Assembly (NCBI RefSeq): GCF_009914755.1
Contig: NC_060933.1
Origin: the human T2T-CHM13v2.0 reference genome, Homo sapiens
DNA length: 64,000 nucleotides
Direction: 5' to 3' (one strand)
Part shown: piece by piece, positions 49,751 to 64,000 of the stretch
How the letters are laid out: every line of letters starts with the position of its first letter
How positions within the stretch are numbered: position 1 is the first letter of the stretch
The notes under the pieces: generated by a model
Seen by the model: only the letters and a program-made list of their open reading frames with translations
Databases searched by the model: none
Told to the model about the DNA's origin: nothing
Made by a program: the position numbers and the translations under genes

Positions 49751-50590
49751 CAGCAGTTTCCAGCTGCCATCACCCAGAGCTCTTCTTTAGTCAAGAGTGA
49801 AATAGAATAAAATGGAACTGAAAATGGACTTGGTCCCTTGGGCCCCATGTCTAACTCTAGCCTACCTTTCCTGTCAAACTGGGTTGGCTGTGCTCCCCAC
49901 GGCCAAATCATCCCTCTCCCTGGCCCCTGCTCCCCGGAGGCTGCCCACCTGGCTCCCGCAGCTCCATCCACCTTCCCCAAGCTCCCTGCAGGTTCTGTTC
50001 ATCTTCTCCCTGAGATGTCATTTGTGCTGAGCAGTCTGCCTGATATTTCAGCTACCTGGGTACCTGTGGGTCTCACCCCTGATCACAGGCTCCTCAGGGA
50101 AGAGGGGATGGGAAAGTACAAGACAGAATGAAGTTTGTGTCATCACTCTGGGATTTTGGGCAAATTACCTAGCACATGTGAGGTCAGTTTCTTCATCAGT
50201 AAAATGGGGATAATACCTGCTCTGTGATATTGCTGTGCAGTTAAGTGCTAGAGCCTATGCAGCTCATTTGCCTGGCATCTTATAGGTGCTCAAAGAATGT
50301 TAGTTCTTATCATAACTGTTAGTGAGCTTGGTTGGAATGGTGAGTGGTTTTTTTTTAATCACTTTTTTTTTTAAAATTTTATTATTTCTATACTTTAAGT
50401 GTTAGGGTACATGTATACAACGTGCAGGTTTGTTACATATGTATACATGTGCCATCTTGGTGTGCTGCACCCATTAACTCGTCATTTACATTAGGTATAT
50501 CTCCTAATGCTATCCCTCCCCCATCCCCCCACCCCACAACAGTCCCCAGTGTGTGATGTTCCCCTTCCTGTGTCCATGTGTTCTCATTGT

Positions 50591-54461
<3,871 letters not shown>

Positions 54462-54509
54462 TTATTTTGCTCGTTAGTTGATGCAGTTTTTTCCTAGCCT
54501 CGATGGTCT

Positions 54510-55526
54510 TTACAATTTGGCATGTTTTTGCAGTGGCTGTTACTGGTTATTCCTTTCCATGTTTAGTGCTTCCTTCAGGAGCTGTTTTACAGCAGGTCTG
54601 GTGGTGACAAAAATCTCTCAGCATTTGCTTGTCTGTAATGTACTTTATTTCTCCTTCACTTATGAAGTTTAGTTTGGCTGGATATGAAATTCTGGCTTGA
54701 AAATTCTTTTCTTTAAGAATGTTGAATATTGGCCCCACTCTCTTCTGGCTTGTAGAGTTTCTGCCAAGAGATCCGCTGTTAGTCTGATGGGCTTCCCTTT
54801 GTGGGTAACCTGACCTTTCTCTCTGGCTGCCCTTAACGTTTTTTCCTTCATTTCAACTTTGGTGAATCTGACAATTATGTGTCTTGGAGTTCTCTTCTCG
54901 AGGAGTATCTTTGTGGCGTTCTCTGTATTTCCTGAATTTGAATGTTGGTCTGCCTTGCTAGATTGGGGAAATTCTCCTGGATAATATCCTGCAGAGTGTT
55001 TTCCAACTTGGTTCCATTCTCCAGGTCACTTTCAGGTACACCAATCAGATGTAGATTTGGTCTTTTCACATAGTCCCATATTTCTTGGAGGCTTTGTTCC
55101 TATCTTTTTATTCTTTTTTCTCTAAACTTCTCTTTATGCTTCATTTCATTCATTTTGTCTTCCATCACTGATACCCTTTCTTCCAGTTGATCACATCGGC
55201 TACTGAGGCTTGTGCATTCATCACGTAGTTCTCTTGCCATGGTTTTCAGCTCCAAAGGTCCTTTAAGGACTTCTCTGCATTGGTTATTCTAGTTATCCAT
55301 TCATCTAATTTTTTTTCAAGGTTTTTAACTTCTTTGCCATTCGTTCGAACTTCCTCCTTTAGCTTGGAGTAGTTTGATTGTCTGAAGCCTTCTTCTCTCA
55401 GCTCGTCAAAGTCATTCTCCATCCAGCTTTGTTCCGTTGCTGGTGAGGAGCTGCGTTCCTTTGGAGGAGGAGAGGTGCTCTGATTTTTAGAGTTATTCCA
55501 GTTTTTCTGCTCTGGTTTTTCCCCAT
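54510..55526 (-). pseudogene. L1 ORF1 remnant, disrupted
   Basis: ATG at 55526; fragments KRPNLHLIGVPE, AREKGQVTHKGKPIRLTADL and ISYPAKL in shifted frames. Confidence 0.9.
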
Positions 55527-56986
55527 CTTTGTGATTTTATCTACCTTTGCCTTTGATGATGGTGATGTACAGATGGGGTTTTGGTGTGGATGTCCTTTCT
55601 GTTTGTTTAGTTTTCCTTCTGACAGTTAGGACCCTCAGCTGCAGGTCTGTTGGAGTTTGCTGGAGGTCCACTCCAGACCTTGTTTGCCTGAGTATCAGCA
55701 GCAGTGGCTGCAGAACAGCGGGTATTGGTGAACCGCAAATGCTGCTGCCTGATCGTTCCTCTGGAAGTTTTGTCTCAGAGGAGTACCCGGCTGTGTGAGG
55801 TGTCAGTCTGCCCCTACTAGGGGGTGCCTCCCGGTTAGGCTACTTGGGGGTCAGGGACCCACTTTAGGAGGCAGTCTGCCCATTCTCAGATCTCAAGCTG
55901 TGTGCTGGGAGAACCACTACTCTCTTCAAAGCTGTCAGACAGGGACATTTAAGTCTGCAGAGGTTACTGCTGCCTTGTGTTTGTCTATGCCCTGCCCCAA
56001 GAGGTGGAGCCTACAGAGGCAGGCAGGCCTCCTTGAGCTGTGGTGGGCTCCACCCAGTTCGAGCTTGTTGGCAGCTTTGTTTACCTACTCAAGCCTCGGC
56101 AATGGCGGGCACCCCTCCCCCAGCCTTGCTGCCACCTTGCAGTTTGATCTCAGACTGCTGTGCTAGCAATGAGCGAGGCTCCATGGGCGTAGGACCCTCT
56201 GAGCCATGTGTGGGATATAATCTCCTGGTGTGCCATTTGTTAAGCCCAATGCCTCGCCCTGCTTCGGCTCACACAAGGTGTGCTGCACCCACTGTCCTGC
56301 ACCCACTGTCCGGCACTCCCCAGTGAGATGAACCTGGTACCTCAGTTGGAAATGCAGAAATCACCCATCTTCTGCATTGCTCATGCTGGGAGCTGTAGAC
56401 TGGAGCTGTTCCTATTCGGCCATTTTAATCACATTTCTAATAGAAATTGAATATTGGAGGATTTCTAGTGAACATGTGAGGGGAAGAAGATCAAAAGATC
56501 ACTTTGCACTGGAAACATTTCACTGTGTTTGTGCTGTGGTTGGAGATTTCAGTAAGATGGGAGCTGAGCAGAGGCCTACTGTGTGTCCTGTGAGGCCACT
56601 GCACTGGAGGCGACCTCAGGTGTCACTTGGAATGCTGTCTCTTCTCCCTTAGCCAAGGCAGGTCCTGGAGACCTTCAGAGCCTGTTTTCTAATGCTGTGG
56701 CAAACAACTAAAATGTCGACATTTGACCTGTGTGCTCCCAAATGGACCATAAAAAGATGATTGCTTATTTTATTTAGTAATAAAAGTAATATTTTTAGGC
56801 CACCCCTCCACAAGAAAGCTTAGAAATTGCTTAAGTAGCTGAGAAGCTGGCCACAGCAGGTGTGCTGGTAAGTGTTTAACAACCAGCTCTCTGGGGGGGA
56901 AACTATGAGTGTGCATCTGTGCTTATTTACCTGATATAAAGAATGTGTAACACACAGTTTACAAATAATAATAATATATTCACTCA

Positions 56987-57287
<301 letters not shown>

Positions 57288-57429
57288 ACTAATCTTTATT
57301 GCAAATGCCACCCACCTATAACTTCAGTATGACTTGGTATTTCCTGCAAACTCACAATCAGTTTTTCTAATTCTGTTACCAAGAATAGTGTCACCAAACC
57401 AGACTACAAATAAATGTTTGACTCCTATG

Positions 57430-57930
57430 TGAATCGCCAAAGATGTTACTCATAATACTGGTGAATGAATGGAGCTCTGACATGCTACACTGTGGGAGGC
57501 TGTGGCTCTGGGTGTGGTAGAGCTGGTTGCCATCATAAAGAAAAGCTCAAGTGAATGGGGGGAGAGCAGGTAGAACTGGAACCCATGAGGACAGAGTTCT
57601 GTCCTACCTGCCTCCCACTGCAGTGATGTGGGGACCTGCAGGAGGAGTTAGTCCCACTCACACCTGGCCCAGGTCTCAGAGATACTGAGGGAGAATCTGG
57701 AGGAGCTGCCGACCGGCTGCTTCTCTGAGCCGCTGGTGCAAGCCAGCAGACCATCGACAACGTGTATGAGCTGCGACAGCCCCTGGTGTTGCCGGGACCC
57801 ACAGTGCATTTTGGCTGACGCTTCCTATCTGCCCTCCAAATCTCACCTAAACCTCTCCTGCAGTCCTCATTTGGAATCATACAGGGAGGGAAGTCTGGAA
57901 AACAAAGTTCTAGCCTAGTTAAGTTGACTT
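57430..57930. mobile_element. Ancient MaLR/ERVL LTR fragment
   Basis: Ends ...gggaagtctggaaaacaaagttctagcctagttaagttgac, resembling MLT1-type termini. Confidence 0.45.
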
Positions 57931-58996
57931 GATGGAACGCCACCATGCTTGCTTGATGCTTCTGTGCTAGGTGGGGATCTCCTCACCCTGTTGTTCCAGG
58001 TTTCTTTGCCTCTGCATGGAAAGCTGTTTTTCAACCATGGGACCTGGAAAACTCCTGTAGTATATTCAAACCCTGCAAAGATCTCACTCGCTCTGAGAAA
58101 AGCTCCCGGACCCTTCCCCTCCAGGACTAGTTCTGTACCTTGTACTCAATGACTGTGTCTACTGCACATGCTAAATGTTCAAGGACAGAGTCACTAATGG
58201 TTAGAACAACTGAGCCAAGCTGTGCCCATCGCATAGGTGAAGAACTGGAGGAGCAGAGTGGTTGAGTAGCTTGCCAAGATCACACAGTGACAATTGGTAG
58301 GAAAGCTGTAATTTGAACCCGGTCTGTGACTCCTCTTTTAATTATAACCCACGGTGACTAGAAAGTCAAGGGAGATTTGGCTCCTGCCCATAAGAAACTC
58401 CAATTAGTGGAGGGGAAAGAGGTGGTTAAGGTAGTAAGTAGCTGGTCAGTTGTGCTATGTCTGAGACTGACAATAGGAGCAGAATGTGGAGTAGACCCTG
58501 GATAAGGGGGTCCAGGGTAGGAATGAGGTTGTTTCCCGCCTTCCGCCTTCCGCCTTCCACTTCCCGCAGCGGTAGCCTCAGCCTTCTAGGAATGGCTTCT
58601 CCCCAGCTGGAGGAAGGGACTAGAAGGCAGCAGTTATCTATGCTGCTTGCCGCGCCACTGTCACAAAGACTCTGGAGCTAGCCTGAGAACTGGGGTCACA
58701 GCAGTGTGCTCAGCCTACCTCCAGGGCCTCCTGGGTCTGGCCAGTAGGAAGATGAGGTCCGCGTTGTTGTCTGTCAGCAGCTGGGATCATACAAAGGAGC
58801 ATTAGCCTGGGAGCTAGGGAGTGAGGTTCTAGCTGCCTGCTCGCTGTGTAGTCTCCAGCAAGTCCTACCCCTCTTGGGGTCTTTGGTTTCCTTATCTGGA
58901 AAACAAGGGGCCTGGGATGGGTGGCCAAGGCTCCTCCTTCCCTCAATCGCCTGGGAATCTTGGCAGTTATTTGGATTTGGCATTTCTCATGTAATT

Positions 58997-59010
58997 CCAC
59001 CAGAGGGCGC
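58997..59010 (+). promoter_or_regulatory. Strong CTCF-consensus motif CCACCAGAGGGCGC
   Basis: 14/14 match to CCASYAGRKGGCRS in unique sequence. Confidence 0.75.
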
Positions 59011-59131
59011 CAAATACTAGCTCTTACCAACTTGGTTCCTGAAGCGGGTGTCTGCTGGGGAGGGCGCAGAGGAGGTGGAGTGTGAGTTGAGTGTGATAGT
59101 GTGGAAGCAATTAGCAATTAAGTGTATGTGA

Positions 59132-59135
<4 letters not shown>

Positions 59136-59162
<27 letters not shown>

Positions 59163-59163
59163 T
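59136..59163. repeat. (GT)n microsatellite
   Basis: About 14 GT units seen directly. Confidence 0.95.
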
Positions 59164-59444
59164 AGCACCAAAGCTCCTGTAACCGCCTATATCTCCCACC
59201 ACCACCCTCTGCCTGCTGGCTGCATCTTCAGCCACTTGAATTCTCCTTTCTTAGCCTCCACGCCCTACCAGAGAGGCCTGGCCTCAGGGCCTTTGTCCTT
59301 GCTGTCCCTTTAGCTTGGAACACGCATCCCTAAGGCATCCACAGGGCCCTCCCTCACTTCTTCTTCATGAGGCATTCCTAACCAACCTACATAAAATAGC
59401 CACCCCCAAACTCATTCTAAGCTTTAGTTAAAAACATTAAAGAA

Positions 59445-59995
59445 AACTGTGGTAAAATATACCATAACATAAAAAGTACTATTTTAACCATTAATTTTTA
59501 AAATAAGAATATAGTTAAATACATATAACATAAAATTTCCCATCTTAGCTATTTTTAAGTGCATAGTTCAGTAGTGTAGCGTACATTCACATTGCTGTGC
59601 AATCAGTCTGCAGGGCTCTCTTTTTCTGGCAAAACTGGAGCTCTGTACCTACTTAACAATAACTCTTCATTTCCTCCACTCCTCTACTTTCTGTCTGTAA
59701 GAATTTGACTACATCAGGTATCTCATGTAAGTGGAATTATACAGTATTTATCTTCTTGTGACTGGCTTATTTCACTCAGCATAATGTCCTTCCAGTAGCG
59801 ATAAACCCTTATGCTAGCATGTGCCAGAATTTCCTTCCTTTTTAAGGCTGAATAATATCCCACTGTGTGCCTGTACCATGTTGTGTTGACCCACTCATCG
59901 ATGGACACTTTGGTTGCTTCTGTCTTTTGGCTGTTGTGAATAATGCTACCATAAATAGGGATGTACAAATACCTGTTTGAACTCCTGATTTCAAT
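59445..59995 (-). mobile_element. L1MA/MB 3' fragment
   Basis: aacataaaatttcccatcttagctatttttaagtgcatagttcagt and IMLSEISQSQ peptide. Confidence 0.8.
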
Positions 59996-60002
59996 TATTG
60001 TT

Positions 60003-60298
60003 ATTATTATTTTTTGAGACAAGGTCTTAGTCTGTTGCCCAGCCTGGATTGCAGTGGCACAATTTCAACTCACTGAAGCCTTGACCTCCCAAGCCCTAAG
60101 CAATCCTCCCAATTCAGCTTCCTGAGTAGCTGGGACTCCAGACTTGCACCACCACGTCCAGTTAATTTTATTTTTTTTTGTGGAGACAGGGTTTTGCTAT
60201 GTTGCCCAGACTGGTCTGGAACTCCTGAGCTCAAATGATCCCCCTGTCTTGGCCTCCCAAAGTGCTGAGATCACAGGTGTGAGCTATCACACCTGGCC
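60003..60298 (-). mobile_element. AluJ-type SINE
   Basis: Antisense dimer. Confidence 0.85.
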
Positions 60299-60542
60299 CC
60301 TGCTTTCAATTCTTGTTCCATGCTTTTATATTTTATTTTATTTTATTTATTTTGAGATAGGGTCTCGCTCTGTTGCCCAGGCTGGAGGGCAGTGTCCATG
60401 CTTTATTTTTTCTGCAGAGCACTAATTACCAACCAACTGCCCTCCTCCTGCCCACAACTAGAGATGCAAATGATTTCTATTTGGTAGAAAGATAACCCTA
60501 AAGGTTATAATTGTATTGCCTTAAGGACATTAGCCAGTTTTG

Positions 60543-60840
<298 letters not shown>

Positions 60841-62157
60841 GCAACCGGTTTTACTTCAAACCTAGTAATTTTATTCTAACATTCTTTTAAAAATGTCTAT
60901 AAATACTTAGGTCCTCCAAATACTTTTTGGACCAGCTTTACCATCTTACTTGTTTCATCATTAATGATTAATAAATCTCTGATATGTGTTCATTCCATCT
61001 TTGTTATGGGAGTTATGTTTTTTAACTTTTAAAAAAGTATGCATTGGCATCTAGAAGTTTTTCCCAGGGGCTAAAATCTGCTTTTGGATGAAATTCAGTA
61101 CATCAGTAGTTTAGGACTTCGGGTGTTTGGGGGCGACCTGCACTAAGCCATGCAAGTGCGTGCGGAGCCTCTTGAGTTGTGGCTCCCGTTGGTGTACCCA
61201 GGGGGTCTGGAAATTCCAGGAAGCTTATGAGGACCTGGATCTGCTGGGCCCCAGGAACGGCCAGTACTTCCTCAGCAACCACTATGCGCCATGCACATTC
61301 TGAAAGCTTTCTATGTGTTAGCTTATCCTCACACGGTCTCCCTGAGATAAACACTAGTTTGCAGATGAGGAAACAAGCTCAGAGGGTTTAAGGAACTCTG
61401 AGGATCACAGTTTAAGCAAAAATTATAGAAGAAAGACCTAAATAAAGTGGTTCTATGTGCATCAAGGTGGTTAAATGGTTTTTTTCTCTAGTTCTGCAAT
61501 TTCATCTAAGATCAAAGCCAAGAGGGGGAAGCTAAGGTATAGTCTATGGTAGGAGCAGCCTTGCCTGTGGGGGCAGACCACACCCACACAGGCAGATACC
61601 ATCCATCAGGGGACTGTGGTCTCCTGTGGGACAGACAGACTTCCAGGGAGCTTGCTGAGAGGTGCCAGTTCAAAGACTAGACCCTCCCACCAGCTGTCTT
61701 CCCACCGTCATCCTGGTGATGTGAGAGGGGTGTTGTCATTGGCGGGGGATGGGTGCAGAATTCAGGAAAGGAGCTACTTACTCGCCACTCCACTCTGGGA
61801 GGCAAGGGAATATTGACCTCGTCAAGGGAGGCGAATCCCAAGAGCATCACTGTGAAGGCTGGGGGCCTGTGCCCTCCACTTGCCTCCCCACACACTGAAC
61901 TGGGTGCTGGTAACGTCTTATCTACATGTGGCCGAGGGACCGGACCAGCAGAAGGTGTGGTGCTGTGGGTGGTGAGAGAGATAATAGGAAGCAATGGCTC
62001 TGGGATGGGCAGGGGAGAGACAGCCAGGGGTGCCCCTCCCTTCCTCTGAGGGTGAGGAGGATGGTTGCTGGATGCTTCAGGAGCTTGCTGGCTGGGGAGA
62101 TGGTGGCTGCAGGCGGCTGGGGACACAACCTGTGTGGAAGAGGTGTGCACTTTAGAG

Positions 62158-62691
62158 GTGTGCACAGATTGGTACCAGTCTGTGGCCTGTTAGGAACTGT
62201 GCCACACAGCAGGAGGCGAGCAACAAGTGAACAAAGCTTCATGTGTATTTACAGCCGCTCGCCGTCGCTGGCTCACATTACCGCCTGAGCTCCGCCTCCT
62301 GTCAGATCTGCGGCAGCATTAGATTCTCATAGGAGTGTGAACCCTATCGTGAACTGTGCATGCGAGGGATCTAGGTTGCAGGCTCCTTATGAGAATCTAA
62401 TGCCTGATGATCTGTCACTGTCTCCCATCAGCCCTAGAAGGGACCATTGAGTTGCAGGAAAACCAGTTCAGGGCTCCCACTGAATTATACAGTTCACCAT
62501 AGAATTGTGAACTGTATAATTATACAATTCTATGGTGAATTGTATAATTATTTCATTATATAACAATCAGAGAAATAAAGTGCACAATAAATATAATGTG
62601 CTTGAATCATCCCCCTCCGTGGCACCCGGTCTCTGGAAAGACTGTCTTCCATGAAACTGGTCCCTGGTGCCAAAAAAGGTGGAGACTGCTG
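62158..62691 (+). mobile_element. MER1A-type hAT-Charlie DNA transposon, left TIR degraded
   Basis: gcagcattagattctcataggag and ccctggtgccaaaaaaggtggagactgctg motifs; 8-bp TSD ctttagag (62150 and 62692). Confidence 0.85.
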
Positions 62692-62932
62692 CTTTAGAGG
62701 ACTGTGGCTAAGGGGTCAGCTGGAAGATGGGGCCCAGGGCTCAGGGACCCTGAATGCCCGGTTGCTGCCAATTGTTTGTCTTCATTGATCTCCTGGTCAG
62801 TGGACCAGATCAGCAGAATGAACCAGCAAGGCGAGGACTGTGACCTTCCCAAGGGCAACTCTTAATGTAGGGGAACCTCTGTGCACCTCCTACCCATGCC
62901 CCTTCCCATAAAGGGACTCAAAGAAGGAGACA

Positions 62933-62947
62933 GGGAGGGAGGGAGGG
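62933..62947 (+). other. Canonical G-quadruplex motif GGGAGGGAGGGAGGG
   Basis: Four G3 tracts with 1-nt loops. Confidence 0.7.
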
Positions 62948-64000
62948 AGCTGAGAGCAAGTCCCGCTCTCCTAGGCCAGTGCTCAATTCCAGTCTGGGGA
63001 TGGGGAAGTAGGGCAGACTGATTTGAATAAGAGATGTGGTTTGCAAATCAATGGAAGAAAACCAGGAAGGAAAACATTATAAGAACCAAAAGAGACCCAA
63101 AAGTCTAACGCTGAGTTCATCCGTGTGCGATGACAAGCCTGTCCCAGGTGGGTGCAGGTGGGAGTTGTTGGAAAGCTGAGCATAAGTGCTTGAACCCTCT
63201 GTGCCCGTTTCCTCCTGTATAAAATGGAGACAATGATAATACAGGAAAAGCTTCTACCTCTTAGAGGTGTTGTGGGGAGTTACCAAGTTCATCTCTGTAG
63301 GATGCTTGGCACATGGAAGTTACTATAAAGACTAGCTGCCATTCTTCAAATTGTGACTTCCCCAGACACCAGTTCAATGTGCTTTCTTCCCACTTGATTC
63401 AATGGCAGCCGTCTCGGTGGTGGGACACTCTGCTTGCTGTGAGGAGGATGGAGGAGAAGGGGCTCCTCGGGGCCAGGCCACAGGACCCTCAGGATAAGGC
63501 CCTGCCTCCATGTTCAGGGCTTTCAGCAGCTACAGACCTGACGGGGCTGCAAAAAGCTTTGCAGGGAAGATGGGGGAGGGGTGTATGCAAAGAAAAAGCT
63601 GACAAGCAGTCTGCTTTGGAACAGGGCTGGACACTCTGTGTTGGGGAGTCCAGGGCCCCCAGCATGCCCCCGGCAGCAGGGAGGGCATGCCTGGCAACCT
63701 TCAAAAAGTGAATTTCCAAAGAGCACCAGGAGGAAACCTTCCAGAACCTTCTCACAGAACCTTTGGATGGGCCTCTCAGGGCGCTGTTTTCCACCGTCCA
63801 CTTAGATCTTAGTCCCTTACAAAAAGGTACCTCCCTTACGGGAGATGACTGAGGTGGGGGAGAATTAATTCCTGTTTTCCTGCCCTCATGGAGGATGTCA
63901 AGTAAGAAATCCGGAGAATTTCTCTTTCTCCAGTTCAGTGTGCTCAAAGGAGACCCACAGGACTGGAGGATCAACTGGGACAGGAGAACAGAGCCTTTCT

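Noticed and set aside
48496-49980. Many 70-140 aa ORFs over the CpG island
   Set aside because: GC-rich DNA is stop-poor in all frames; no recognisable domain and mostly non-ATG starts, so none was called as CDS.
61616-63974. 130-160 aa ORFs near the window end
   Set aside because: No recognisable homology or consistent splice structure; partly MER1/MIR-derived. No exons of a downstream gene were identified in the window.

Overview
Human-type (primate) genomic DNA, not prokaryotic, so most of the six-frame ORF track is noise from Alu, L1 and ERV sequence. Bases 1-29.1 kb hold the 3' part of ENTREP1 (FAM189A2/C9orf61) on the + strand. I reconstructed nine coding exons (8112-28406) with GT-AG boundaries in continuous frame, followed by a 3'UTR with AATAAA at 29036; the 5' exons lie upstream of the window. 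The rest is intergenic and repeat-rich: a ~5.7 kb env-less HERV-H/LTR7 provirus (- strand, 41221-46903), an orphan CpG-rich island (~48.6-49.75 kb), a near-full-length L1PA3/4-type LINE-1 (- strand, ~50363-56423), two co-oriented CTCF-consensus sites, and many Alu, L1M, L2, MIR, MaLR and MER elements. I found no convincing wholly new biological system. The best leads are: an unexplained 98-bp ungapped direct repeat flanking two ENTREP1 exons; an in-frame intronic extension that could encode a 237-aa truncated isoform; short linear motifs in the ENTREP1 tail (TQT, 14-3-3, PDZ); and the CpG island/HERV-H/L1/CTCF cluster with specific lesions in its regulatory elements. Repeat subfamily names and comparisons with consensus sequences are from memory and need RepeatMasker/Dfam confirmation.
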